This document shows, one piece after another, positions 25,645 to 40,700 of a DNA stretch of 64,000 nt. Source of the DNA: Eledone cirrhosa (taxonomy: Eukaryota); contig OZ024745.1 of assembly GCA_964016885.1 (NCBI GenBank), forward strand, positions 8,308,001 to 8,372,000. Reading direction: 5' to 3'. Under the pieces are notes generated by a model, which was not told where the DNA came from, searched no databases, and saw only the letters and a list, made by a program, of their open reading frames with translations. Position 1 is the stretch's first letter, and each line of letters begins with the position of its first letter. Both the position numbers and the translations under genes were made by a program.

Positions 25645-28600
25645 TTACATGTGGATGGGATGTGTCAAGAGTATCTGACAGTAATATCTACCATATAGGT
25701 GGTGCCAGGTGTACAATAACATGTGGAGGTGTGTCAAGAGTTTCTGACAGTAATATCTACCATATAGGTGGTGCCAGGTGTACAATAACATGTGGATGTG
25801 TGTCAGGAGTTTCTGACAGTAATATCTACCATATAGGTGGTGCCAGGTGTACAATAACATGAGGAGGGGATATGTCAAGAGTTTCTGACAGTAATGTCTA
25901 CCATATAGGTGATGCCAGGTGTACAATAACATGTGGAGGGGATATGTCAAGAGTTTCTGACAGTAATGTCTACCATATAGGTGGTGCCAGATGTACAATA
26001 ACATGTGGAGGAGGTGTGTCAAGAGTTTCTGACAGTAATGTCTACCATATAGGTGGGGCCAGATGTACAATAACATGTGGAGGGGATGTGTCAAGAGTTT
26101 CTGACAGTAATGTCTACCATATAGGTGGTGCCAGATGTACAATAACATGTGGAGGAGGTGTGTCAAGAGTTTCTGACAGTAATGTCTACCATATATGTGG
26201 TGCCAGATGTACAATAACATGTGGAGGAGGTGTGTCAAGAGTTTCTGACAGTAATGTCTACCATATAGGTGGTGCCAGATGTACAATAACATGTGGATGG
26301 GATGTGTCAAGAGATTCTGACAGTAATGTCTACCATATAGGTGGTGCCAGATGTAAAATAACATGTGGATGGGATATGTCAAGAGTTTCTGACAGTAATG
26401 TCTACCATATAGGTGGTGCCAGGTGTACGATAACATGTGGAGGGTATATGTCAAGAGTTTCTGACAGTAATGTCTACCATATAGGTGGTGCCAGATGTAC
26501 AATAACATGTGGATGGGATGTGTCAAGAGTATCTGACAGTAATATCTACCATATAGGTGGTGCCAGGTGTACAATAACATGTGGAGGTGTGTCAAGAGTT
26601 TCTGACAGTAATATCTACCATATAGGTGGTGCCAGGTGTACAATAACATGTGGAGGTGTGTCAAGAGTTTCTGACAGTAATATCTAACATATAGGTGGTG
26701 CCAGGTGTACAATAACATGAGGAGGGGATATGTCAAGAGTTTCTGACAGTAATGTCTACCATATAGGTGATGCCAGGTGTACAATAACATGTGGAGGGGA
26801 TATGTCAAGAGTTTCTGACAGTAATGTCTACCATATAGGTGGTGCCAGATGTACAATAACATGTGGATGGGATGTGTCAAGAGTTTCCGACAGTAATGTC
26901 TACCATATAGGTGGTGCCAGATGTACAATAACATGTGGATGGGATGTGTCAAGAGTTTCTGACAGTAATATCTACCATATAGGTGGTGCCAGGTGTACAA
27001 TAACATGTGGAGGTGTGTCAAGAGTTTCTGACAGTAATGTCTACCATATAGGTGGTGCCAGGTGTACAATAACATGTGGAGGTGTGTCAAGAGTTTCTGA
27101 CAGTAATGTCTACCATATAGGTGGTGCCAGTTGTACAATAACATGTGGATGGGATGTGTCAAGATTTTCTGACAGTAATATCTACCATATAGGTGGTGCC
27201 AGGTGTACAATAACATGTGGAGGTGTGTCAAGAGTTTCTGACAGTAATGTCTACCATATAGGTGGTGCCAGGTGTACAATAACATGTGGATGGGATGTGT
27301 CAAGAGTTTCTGACAGTAATATCTACCATATAGGTGGTGCCAGATGTACAATAACATGTGGAGGAGGTGTGTCAAGAGTTTCTGACAGTAATGTCTACCA
27401 TATAGGTGGTGCCAGATGTACAATAACATGTGGAGGAGGTGTGTCAAGAGTTTCTGACAGTAATGTCTACCATATAGGTGGTGCCAGATGTACAATAACA
27501 TGTGGATGGGATGTGTCAAGAGATTCTGACAGTAATGTCTACCATATAGGTGGTGCCAGATGTACAATAACATGTGGATGGGATATGTCAAGAGTTTCTG
27601 ACAGTAATGTCTACCATATAGGTGTTGCCAGGTGTACGATAACATGTGGAGGGGATATGTCAAGAGTTTCTGACAGTAATGTCTACCATATAGGTGGTGC
27701 CAGATGTACAATAACATGTGGATGGGATGTGTCAAGAGTATCTGACAGTAATATCTACCATATAGGTGGTGCCAGGTGTACAATAACATGTGGAGGTGTG
27801 TCAAGAGTTTCTGACAGTAATATCTACCATATAGGTGGTGCCAGGTGTACAATAACATGTGGAGGTGTGTCAAGAGTTTCTGACAGTAATATCTACCATA
27901 TAGGTGGTGCCAGGTGTACAATAACATGAGGAGGGGATATGTCAAGAGTTTCTGACAGTAATGTCTACCATATAGGTGGTGCCAGATGTACAATAACATG
28001 TGGATGGGATGTGTCAAGAGTTTCTGACAGTAATGTCTACCATATAGGTGGTGCCAGATGTACAATAACATGTGGATGGGATGTGTCAAGAGTTTCTGAC
28101 AGTAATATCTACCATATAGGTGGTGCCAGGTGTACAATAACATGTGGAGGAGGTGTGTCAAGAGTTTCTGACAGTAATATCTACCATATAGGTGGTGCCA
28201 GGTGTACAATAACATGTGGAGGAGGTGTGTCAAGAGTTTCTGACAGTAATATCTACCATATAGGTGGTGCCAGGTGTACAATAACATGTGTAGGTGTGTC
28301 AAGAGTTTCTGACAGTAATGTCTACCATATAGGTGGTGCCAGGTGTACAATAACATGTGGATGGGATGTGTCAAGAGTTTCTGACAGTAATATCTACCAT
28401 ATAGGTGGTGCCAGGTGTACAATAACATGTGGAGGTGTGTCAAGAGTTTCTGACAGTAATGTCTACCATATAGGTGGTGCCAGGTGTACAATAACATGTG
28501 GATGGGATGTGTCAAGAGTTTCTGACAGTAATATCTACCATATAGGTGGTGCCAGATGTACAATAACATGTGGAGGAGGTGTGTCAAGAGTTTCTGACAG

Positions 28601-31600
28601 TAATGTCTACCATATAGGTGGTGCCAGATGTACAATAACATGTGGAGGAGGTGTGTCAAGAGTTTCTGACAGTAATGTCTACCATATAGGTGGTGCCAGA
28701 TGTACAATAACATGTGGAGGGGATGTGTCAAGAGTTTCTGACAGTAATGTCTACCATATAGGTGGTGCCAGATGTACAATAACATGTGGAGGAGGTGTGT
28801 CAAGAGTTTCTGACAGTAATGTCTACCATATATGTGGTGCCAGATGTACAATAACATGTGGAGGAGGTGTGTCAAGAGTTTCTGACAGTAATGTCTACCA
28901 TATAGGTGGTGCCAGATGTACAATAACATGTGGATGGGATGTGTCAAGAGATTCTGACAGTAATGTCTACCATATAGGTGGTGCCAGATGTACAATAACA
29001 TGTGGATGGGATATGTCAAGAGTTTCTGACAGTAATGTCTACCACATAGGTGGTGCCAGGTGTACGATAACATGTGGAGGGGATATGTCAAGAGTTTCTG
29101 ACAGTAATGTCTACCATATAGGTGGTGCCAGATGTACAATAACATGTGGATGGGATGTGTCAAGAGTTTCTGACAGTAATGTCTACCATATAGGTGGTGC
29201 CAGATGTACAATAACATGTGGATGGGATGTGTCAAGAGTTTCTGACAGTAATATCTACCATATAGGTGGTGCCAGGTGTACAATAACATGTGGAGGAGGT
29301 GTGTCAAGAGTTTCTGACAGTAATATCTACCATATAGGTGGTGCCAGGTGTACAATAACATGTGGAGGAGGTGTGTCAAGAGTTTCTGACAGTAATATCT
29401 ACCATATAGGTGGTGCCAGGTGTACAATAACATGTGTAGGTGTGTCAAGAGTTTCTGACAGTAATGTCTACCATATAGGTGGTGCCAGGTGTACAATAAC
29501 ATGTGGATGGGATGTGTCAAGAGTTTCTGACAGTAATATCTACCATATAGGTGGTGCCAGGTGTACAATAACATGTGGAGGTGTGTCAAGAGTTTCTGAC
29601 AGTAATGTCTACCATATAGGTGGTGCCAGGTGTACAATAACATGTGGATGGGATGTGTCAAGAGTTTCTGACAGTAATATCTACCATATAGGTGGTGCCA
29701 GATGTACAATAACATGTGGAGGAGGTGTGTCAAGAGTTTCTGACAGTAATGTCTACCATATAGGTGGTGCCAGATGTACAATAACATGTGGAGGAGGTGT
29801 GTCAAGAGTTTCTGACAGTAATGTCTACCATATAGGTGGTGCCAGATGTACAATAACATGTGGAGGGGATGTGTCAAGAGTTTCTGACAGTAATGTCTAC
29901 CATATAGGTGGTGCCAGATGTACAATAACATGTGGAGGAGGTGTGTCAAGAGTTTCTGACAGTAATGTCTACCATATATGTGGTGCCAGATGTACAATAA
30001 CATGTGGAGGAGGTGTGTCAAGAGTTTCTGACAGTAATGTCTACCATATAGGTGGTGCCAGATGTACAATAACATGTGGATGGGATGTGTCAAGAGATTC
30101 TGACAGTAATGTCTACCATATAGGTGGTGCCAGATGTACAATAACATGTGGATGGGATATGTCAAGAGTTTCTGACAGTAATGTCTACCACATAGGTGGT
30201 GCCAGGTGTACGATAACATGTAGAGGGGATATGTCAAGAGTTTCTGACAGTAATGTCTACCATATAGGTGGTGCCAGATGTACAATAACATGTGGATGGG
30301 ATGTGTCAAGAGTATCTGACAGTAATATCTACCATATAGGTGGTGCCAGGTGTACAATAACATGTGGAGGTGTGTCAAGAGTTTCTGACAGTAATATCTA
30401 CCATATAGGTGGTGCCATGTGTACAATAACATGTGGAGGTGTGTCAAGAGTTTCTGACAGTAATATCTACCATATAGGTGGTGCCAGGTGTACAATAACA
30501 TGAGGAGGGGATATGTCAAGAGTTTCTGACAGTAATGTCTACCATATAGGTGATGCCAGGTGTACAATAACATGTGGAGGGGATATGTCAAGAGTTTCTG
30601 ACAGTAATGTCTACCATATAGGTGGTGCCAGGTGTACAATAACATGTGGAGGTGTGTCAAGAGTTTCTGACAGTAATGTCTACCATATAGGTGGTGCCAG
30701 GTGTACAATAACATGTGGATGGGATGTGTCAAGAGTTTCTGACAGTAATATCTACCATATAGGTGGTGCCAGGTGTACAATAACATGTGGAGGTGTGTCA
30801 AGAGTTTCTGACAGTAATGTCTACCATATAGGTGGTGCCAGGTGTACAATAACATGTGGATGGGATGTGTCAAGAGTTTCTGACAGTAATATCTACCATA
30901 TAGGTGGTGCCAGGTGTACAATAACATGTGGAGGTGTGTCAAGAGTTTCTGACAGTAATGTCTACCATATAGGTGGTGCCAGGTGTACAATAACATGTGG
31001 ATGGGATGTGTCAAGAGTTTCTGACAGTAATATCTACCATATAGGTGGTGCCAGGTGTACAATAACATGTGGAGGTGTGTCAAGAGTTTCTGACAGTAAT
31101 GTCTACCATATAGGTGGTGCCAGGTGTACAATAACATGTGGATGGGATGTGTCAAGAGTTTCTGACAGTAATATCTACCATATAGGTGGTGCCAGATGTA
31201 CAATAACATGTGGAGGAGGTGTGTCAAGAGTTTCTGACAGTAATGTCTACCATATAGGTGGTGCCAGATGTACAATAACATGTGGAGGAGGTGTGTCAAG
31301 AGTTTCTGACAGTAATGTCTACCATATAGGTGGTGCCAGATGTACAATAACATGTGGAGGAGGTGTGTCAAGAGTTTCTGACAGTAATGTCTACCATATA
31401 GGTGGGGCCAGATGTACAATAACATGTGGAGGGGATGTGTCAAGAGTTTCTGACAGTAATGTCTACCATATAGGTGGTGCCAGATGTACAATAACATGTG
31501 GAGGAGGTGTGTCAAGAGTTTCTGACAGTAATGTCTACCATATATGTGGTGCCAGATGTACAATAACATGTGGAGGAGGTGTGTCAAGAGTTTCTGACAG

Positions 31601-34600
31601 TAATGTCTACCATATAGGTGGTGCCAGATGTACAATAACATGTGGATGGGATGTGTCAAGAGATTCTGACAGTAATGTCTACCATATAGGTGGTGCCAGA
31701 TGTAAAATAACATGTGGATGGGATATGTCAAGAGTTTCTGACAGTAATGTCTACCATATAGGTGGTGCCAGGTGTACGATAACATGTGGAGGGGATATGT
31801 CAAGAGTTTCTGACAGTAATGTCTACCATATAGGTGGTGCCAGATGTACAATAACATGTGGATGGGATGTGTCAAGAGTATCTGACAGTAATATCTACCA
31901 TATAGGTGGTGCCAGGTGTACAATAACATGTGGAGGTGTGTCAAGAGTTTCTGACAGTAATATCTACCATATAGGTGGTGCCAGGTGTACAATAACATGT
32001 GGAGGTGTGTCAAGAGTTTCTGACAGTAATATCTACCATATAGGTGGTGCCAGGTGTACAATAACATGTGGAGGTGTGTCAAGAGTTTCTGACAGTAATG
32101 TCTACCATATAGGTGGTGCCAGGTGTACAATAACATGTGTAGGTGTGTCAAGAGTTTCTGACAGTAATGTCTACCATATAGGTGGTGCCAGGTGTACAAT
32201 AACATGTGGATGGGATGTGTCAAGAGTTTCTGACAGTAATATCTACCATATAGGTGGTGCCAGGTGTACAATAACATGTGGAGGTGTGTCAAGAGTTTCT
32301 GACAGTAATGTCTACCATATAGGTGGTGCCAGGTGTACAATAACATGTGGATGGGATGTGTCAAGAGTTTCTGACAGTAATATCTACCATATAGGTGGTG
32401 CCAGATGTACAATAACATGTGGAGGAGGTGTGTCAAGAGTTTCTGACAGTAATGTCTACCATATAGGTGGTGCCAGATGTACAATAACATGTGGAGGAGG
32501 TGTGTCAAGAGTTTCTGACAGTAATGTCTACCATATAGGTGGTGCCAGATGTACAATAACATGTGGAGGGGATGTGTCAAGAGTTTCTGACAGTAATGTC
32601 TACCATATAGGTGGTGCCAGATGTACAATAACATGTGGAGGAGGTGTGTCAAGAGTTTCTGACAGTAATGTCTACCATATATGTGGTGCCAGATGTACAA
32701 TAACATGTGGAGGAGGTGTGTCAAGAGTTTCTGACAGTAATGTCTACCATATAGGTGGTGCCAGATGTACAATAACATGTGGATGGGATGTGTCAAGAGA
32801 TTCTGACAGTAATGTCTACCATATAGGTGGTGCCAGATGTACAATAACATGTGGAGGAGGTGTGTCAAGAGTTTCTGACAGTAATGTCTACCATATAGGT
32901 GGTGCCAGATGTACAATAACATGTGGATGGGATGTGTCAAGAGATTCTGACAGTAATGTCTACCATATAGGTGGTGCCAGATGTACAATAACATGTGGAT
33001 GGGATATGTCAAGAGTTTCTGACAGTAATGTCTACCACATAGGTGGTGCCAGGTGTACGATAACATGTGGAGGGGATATGTCAAGAGTTTCTGACAGTAA
33101 TGTCTACCATATAGGTGGTGCCAGATGTACAATAACATGTGGATGGGATGTGTCAAGAGTATCTGACAGTAATATCTACCATATAGGTGGTGCCAGGTGT
33201 ACAATAACATGTGGAGGTGTGTCAAGAGTTTCTGACAGTAATATCTACCATATAGGTGGTGCCATGTGTACAATAACATGTGGAGGTGTGTCAAGAGTTT
33301 CTGACAGTAATATCTACCATATAGGTGGTGCCAGGTGTACAATAACATGAGGAGGGGATATGTCAAGAGTTTCTGACAGTAATGTCTACCATATAGGTGA
33401 TGCCAGGTGTACAATAACATGTGGAGGGGATATGTCAAGAGTTTCTGACAGTAATGTCTACCATATAGGTGGTGCCAGGTGTACAATAACATGTGGAGGT
33501 GTGTCAAGAGTTTCTGACAGTAATGTCTACCATATAGGTGGTGCCAGGTGTACAATAACATGTGGATGGGATGTGTCAAGAGTTTCTGACAGTAATATCT
33601 ACCATATAGGTGGTGCCAGGTGTACAATAACATGTGGAGGTGTGTCAAGAGTTTCTGACAGTAATGTCTACCATATAGGTGGTGCCAGGTGTACAATAAC
33701 ATGTGGATGGGATGTGTCAAGAGTTTCTGACAGTAATATCTACCATATAGGTGGTGCCAGGTGTACAATAACATGTGGAGGTGTGTCAAGAGTTTCTGAC
33801 AGTAATGTCTACCATATAGGTGGTGCCAGGTGTACAATAACATGTGGATGGGATGTGTCAAGAGTTTCTGACAGTAATATCTACCATATAGGTGGTGCCA
33901 GATGTACAATAACATGTGGAGGAGGTGTGTCAAGAGTTTCTGACAGTAATGTCTACCATATAGGTGGTGCCAGATGTACAATAACATGTGGAGGAGGTGT
34001 GTCAAGAGTTTCTGACAGTAATGTCTACCATATAGGTGGTGCCAGATGTACAATAACATGTGGAGGAGGTGTGTCAAGAGTTTCTGACAGTAATGTCTAC
34101 CATATAGGTGGGGCCAGATGTACAATAACATGTGGAGGGGATGTGTCAAGAGTTTCTGACAGTAATGTCTACCATATAGGTGGTGCCAGATGTACAATAA
34201 CATGTGGAGGAGGTGTGTCAAGAGTTTCTGACAGTAATGTCTACCATATATGTGGTGCCAGATGTACAATAACATGTGGAGGAGGTGTGTCAAGAGTTTC
34301 TGACAGTAATGTCTACCATATAGGTGGTGCCAGATGTACAATAACATGTGGATGGGATGTGTCAAGAGATTCTGACAGTAATGTCTACCATATAGGTGGT
34401 GCCAGATGTAAAATAACATGTGGATGGGATATGTCAAGAGTTTCTGACAGTAATGTCTACCATATAGGTGGTGCCAGGTGTACGATAACATGTGGAGGGG
34501 ATATGTCAAGAGTTTCTGACAGTAATGTCTACCATATAGGTGGTGCCAGATGTACAATAACATGTGGATGGGATGTGTCAAGAGTATCTGACAGTAATAT

Positions 34601-37600
34601 CTACCATATATGTGGTGCCAGGTGTACAATAACATGTGGAGGTGTGTCAAGAGTTTCTGACAGTAATATCTACCATATAGGTGGTGCCAGGTGTACAATA
34701 ACATGAGGAGGGGATATGTCAAGAGTTTCTGACAGTAATGTCTACCATATAGGTGATGCCAGGTGTACAATAACATGTGGAGGGGATATGTCAAGAGTTT
34801 CTGACAGTAATGTCTACCATATAGGTGGTGCCAGATGTACAATAACATGTGGATGGGATGTGTCAAGAGTTTCCGACAGTAATGTCTACCATATAGGTGG
34901 GGCCAGATGTACAATAACATGTGGATGGGATGTGTCAAGAGTTTCTGACAGTAATGTCTACCATATAGGTGGTGCCAGGTGTACAATAACATGTGGAGGT
35001 GTGTCAAGAGTTTCTGACAGTAATGTCTACCATATAGGTGGTGCCAGGTGTACAATAACATGTGGAGGTGTGTCAAGAGTTTCTGACAGTAATGTCTACC
35101 ATATAGGTGGTGCCAGGTGTACAATAACATGTGGATGGGATGTGTCAAGAGTTTCTGACAGTAATATCTACCATATAGGTGGTGCCAGGTGTACAATAAC
35201 ATGTGGAGGTGTGTCAAGAGTTTCTGACAGTAATGTCTACCATATAGGTGGTGCCAGGTGTACAATAACATGTGGATGGGATGTGTCAAGAGTTTCTGAC
35301 AGTAATATCTACCATATAGGTGGTGCCAGATGTACAATAACATGTGGAGGAGGTGTGTCAAGAGTTTCTGACAGTAATGTCTACCATATAGGTGGTGCCA
35401 GATGTACAATAACATGTGGAGGAGGTGTGTCAAGAGTTTCTGACAGTAATGTCTACCATATAGGTGGTGCCAGATGTACAATAACATGTGGATGGGATGT
35501 GTCAAGAGATTCTGACAGTAATGTCTACCATATAGGTGGTGCCAGATGTACAATAACATGTGGATGGGATATGTCAAGAGTTTCTGACAGTAATGTCTAC
35601 CATATAGGTGGTGCCAGGTGTACGATAACATGTGGAGGGGATATGTCAAGAGTTTCTGACAGTAATGTCTACCATATAGGTGGTGCCAGATGTACAATAA
35701 CATGTGGATGGGATGTGTCAAGAGTATCTGACAGTAATATCTACCATATAGGTGGTGCCAGGTGTACAATAACATGTGGAGGTGTGTCAAGAGTTTCTGA
35801 CAGTAATATCTACCATATAGGTGGTGCCAGGTGTACAATAACATGTGGAGGTGTGTCAAGAGTTTCTGACAGTAATATCTACCATATAGGTGGTGCCAGG
35901 TGTACAATAACATGAGGAGGGGATATGTCAAGAGTTTCTGACAGTAATGTCTACCATATAGGTGGTGCCAGATGTACAATAACATGTGGATGGGATGTGT
36001 CAAGAGTTTCTGACAGTAATGTCTACCATATAGGTGGTGCCAGATGTACAATAACATGTGGATGGGATGTGTCAAGAGTTTCTGACAGTAATATCTACCA
36101 TATAGGTGGTGCCAGGTGTACAATAACATGTGGAGGTGTGTCAAGAGTTTCTGACAGTAATGTCTACCATATAGGTGGTGCCAGGTGTACAATAACATGT
36201 GTAGGTGTGTCAAGAGTTTCTGACAGTAATGTCTACCATATAATTGGTGCCAGGTGTACAATAACATGTGGATGGGATGTGTCAAGAGTTTCTGACAGTA
36301 ATATCTACCATATAGGTGGTGCCAGGTGTACAATAACATGTGGAGGTGTGTCAAGAGTTTCTGACAGTAATGTCTACCATATAGGTGGTGCCAGGTGTAC
36401 AATAACATGTGGATGGGATGTGTCAAGAGTTTCTGACAGTAATATCTACCATATAGGTGGTGCCAGATGTACAATAACATGTGGAGGAGGTGTGTCAAGA
36501 GTTTCTGACTGTAATGTCTACCATATAGGTGGTGCCAGATGTACAATAACATGTGGAGGAGGTGTGTCAAGAGTTTCTGACAGTAATGTCTACCATATAG
36601 GTGGTGCCAGATGTACAATAACATGTGGAGGGGATGTGTCAAGAGTTTCTGACAGTAATGTCTACCATATAGGTGGTGCCAGATGTACAATAACATGTGG
36701 AGGAGGTGTGTCAAGAGTTTCTGACAGTAATGTCTACCATATATGTGGTGCCAGATGTACAATAACATGTGGAGGAGGTGTGTCAAGAGTTTCTGACAGT
36801 AATGTCTACCATATAGGTGGTGCCAGATGTACAATAACATGTGGATGGGATGTGTCAAGAGATTCTGACAGTAATGTCTACCATATAGGTGGTGCCAGAT
36901 GTACAATAACATGTGGATGGGATATGTCAAGAGTTTCTGACAGTAATGTCTACCACATAGGTGGTGCCAGGTGTACGATAACATGTGGAGGGGATATGTC
37001 AAGAGTTTCTGACAGTAATGTCTACCATATAGGTGGTGCCAGATGTACAATAACATGTGGATGGGATGTGTCAAGAGTATCTGACAGTAATATCTACCAT
37101 ATAGGTGGTGCCAGGTGTACAATAACATGTGGAGGTGTGTCAAGAGTTTCTGACAGTAATATCTACCATATAGGTGGTGCCATGTGTACAATAACATGTG
37201 GAGGTGTGTCAAGAGTTTCTGACAGTAATATCTACCATATAGGTGGTGCCAGGTGTACAATAACATGAGGAGGGGATATGTCAAGAGTTTCTGACAGTAA
37301 TGTCTACCATATAGGTGATGCCAGGTGTACAATAACATGTGGAGGGGATATGTCAAGAGTTTCTGACAGTAATGTCTACCATATAGGTGGTGCCAGGTGT
37401 ACAATAACATGTGGAGGTGTGTCAAGAGTTTCTGACAGTAATGTCTACCATATAGGTGGTGCCAGGTGTACAATAACATGTGGATGGGATGTGTCAAGAG
37501 TTTCTGACAGTAATATCTACCATATAGGTGGTGCCAGGTGTACAATAACATGTGGAGGTGTGTCAAGAGTTTCTGACAGTAATGTCTACCATATAGGTGG

Positions 37601-37779
37601 TGCCAGGTGTACAATAACATGTGGATGGGATGTGTCAAGAGTTTCTGACAGTAATATCTACCATATAGGTGGTGCCAGGTGTACAATAACATGTGGAGGT
37701 GTGTCAAGAGTTTCTGACAGTAATGTCTACCATATAGGTGGTGCCAGGTGTACAATAACATGTGGATGGGATGTGTCAA
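25645..37779 (-). other. Repeat-derived 4044-codon antisense ORF (His/Leu/Tyr-rich); probably spurious
   Basis: From the ORF track. It is the reverse-strand reading of the same monomer, its composition is implausible for a protein, and no domain is recognisable. Confidence refers to it being truly coding. Confidence 0.03.
27940..30230 (+). repeat. Tandem duplication of a 1146-bp (16-monomer) block
   Basis: TGTGTAGG at ~28291/29437 and ACCACATAGG at 29041/30187 both have offset 1146 (= 16x72-6). Confidence 0.75.
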
Positions 37780-40700
37780 GAGTTTCTGACAGTAATATCT
37801 ACCATATAGGTGGTGCTAGGTGTACAATAACATGTGGGGGTGTGTCAAGAGTTTCTGACAGTAATGTCTACCATATAGGTGGTGCCAGGTGTACAATAAC
37901 ATGTGGATGGGATGTGTCAAGAGTTTCTGACAGTAATATCTACCATATAGGTGGTGCCAGATGTACAATAACATGTGGAGGAGGTGTGTCAAGAGTTTCT
38001 GACAGTAATGTCTACCATATAGGTGGTGCCAGATGTACAATAACATGTGGAGGAGGTGTGTCAAGAGTTTCTGACAGTAATGTCTACCATATAGGTGGTG
38101 CCAGATGTACAATAACATGTGGATGGGATGTGTCAAGAGATTCTGACAGTAATGTCTACCATATAGGTGGTGCCAGATGTACAATAACATGTGGATGGGA
38201 TATGTCAAGAGTTTCTGACAGTAATGTCTACCATATAGGTGGTGCCAGGTGTACGATAACATGTGGAGGGGATATGTCAAGAGTTTCTGACAGTAATGTC
38301 TACCATATAGGTGGTGCCAGATATACAATAACATGTGGATGGGGTGTGTCAAGAGTATCTGACAGTAATATCTACCATATAGGTGGTGCCAGGTGTACAA
38401 TAACATGTGGAGGTGTGTCAAGAGTTTCTGACAGTAATATCTACCATATAGGTGGTGCCAGGTGTACAATAACATGTGGAGGTGTGTCAAGAGTTTCTGA
38501 CAGTAATATCTACCATATAGGTGGTGCCAGGTGTACAATAACATGAGGAGGGGATATGTCAAGAGTTTCTGACAGTAATGTCTACCATATAGGTGGTGCC
38601 AGATGTACAATAACATGTGGATGGGATGTGTCAAGAGTTTCTGACAGTAATGTCTACCATATAGGTGGTGCCAGATGTACAATAACATGTGGATGGGATG
38701 TGTCAAGAGTTTCTGACAGTAATATCTACCATATAGGTGGTGCCAGGTGTACAATAACATGTGGAGGTGTGTCAAGAGTTTCTGACAGTAATGTCTACCA
38801 TATAGGTGGTGCCAGGTGTACAATAACATGTGGATGGGATGTGTCAAGAGTATCTGACAGTAATATCTACCATATAGGTGGTGCCAGGTGTACAATAACA
38901 TGTGGAGGTGTGTCAAGAGTTTCTGACAGTAATATCTACCATATAGGTGGTGCCAGGTGTACAATAACATGTGGAGGTGTGTCAAGAGTTTCTGACAGTA
39001 ATATCTACCATATAGGTGGTGCCAGGTGTACAATAACATGTGGAGGTGTGTCAAGAGTTTCTGACAGTAATGTCTACCATATAGGTGGTGCCAGGTGTAC
39101 AATAACATGTGTAGGTGTGTCAAGAGTTTCTGACAGTAATGTCTACCATATAGGTGGTGCCAGGTGTACAATAACATGTGGATGGGATGTGTCAAGAGTT
39201 TCTGACAGTAATATCTACCATATAGGTGGTGCCAGGTGTACAATAACATGTGGAGGTGTGTCAAGAGTTTCTGACAGTAATGTCTACCATATAGGTGGTG
39301 CCAGGTGTACAATAACATGTGGAGGTGTGTAAAGAGTTTCTGACAGTAATGTCTACCATATAGGTGGTGCCAGGTGTACAATAACATGTGGATGGGATGT
39401 GTCAAGAGTTTCTGACAGTAATATCTACCATATAGGTGGTGCCAGGTGTACAATAACATGTGGAGGTGTGTCAAGAGTTTCTGACAGTAATGTATACCAT
39501 ATAGGTGGTGCCAGGTGTACAATAACATGTGGATGGGATGTGTCAAGAGTTTCTGACAGTAATATCTACCATATAGGTGGTGCCAGATGTACAATAACAT
39601 GTGGAGGAGGTGTGTCAAGAGTTTCTGACAGTAATGTCTACCATATAGGTGGTGCCAGATGTACAATAACATGTGGAGGAGGTGTGTCAAGAGTTTCTGA
39701 CAGTAATGTCTACCATATAGGTGGTGCCAGATGTACAATAACATGTGGAGGGGATGTGTCAAGAGTTCCTGACAGTAATGTCTACCATATAGGTGGTGCT
39801 AGATGTACAATAACATGTGGAGGAGGTGTGTCAAGAGTTTCTGACAGTAATGTCTACCATATATGTGGTGCCAGATGTACAATAACATGTGGAGGAGGTG
39901 TGTCAAGAGTTTCTGACAGTAATGTCTACCATATAGGTGGTGCCAGATGTACAATAACATGTGGATGGGATGTGTCAAGAGATTCTGACAGTAATGTCTA
40001 CCGTATAGGTGGTGCCAGATGTACAATAACATGTGGATGGGATATGTCAAGAGTTTCTGACAGTAATGTCTACCATATAGGTGGTGCCAGATGTACAATA
40101 ACATGTGGATGGGATGTGTCAAGAGTTTCTGACAGTAATATCTACCATATAGGTGGTGCCAGGTGTACAATAACATGTGGAGGTGTGTCAAGAGTTTCTG
40201 ACAGTAATATCTACCATATAGGTGGTGCCAGGTGTACAATAACATGTGGAGGTGTGTCAAGAGTTTCTGACAGTAATATCTACCATATAGGTGGTGCCAG
40301 GTGTACAATAACATGAGGAGGGGATATGTCAAGAGTTTCTGACAGTAATGTCTACCATATAGGTGATGCCAGGTGTACAATAACATGTGGAGGGGATATG
40401 TCAAGAGTTTCTGACAGTAATGTCTACCATATAGGTGGTGCCAGATGTACAATAACATGTGGATGGGATGTGTCAAGAGTTTCCGACAGTAATGTCTACC
40501 ATATAGGTGGTGCCAGATGTACATAACATGTGGATGGGATGTGTCAAGAGTTTCTGACAGTAATATCTACCATATAGGTGGTGCCAGGTGTACAATAACA
40601 TGTGGAGGTGTGTCAAGAGTTTCTGACAGTAATGTCTACCATATAGGTGGTGCCAGGTGTACAATAACATGTGGATGGGATGTGTCAAGAGTTTCTGACA

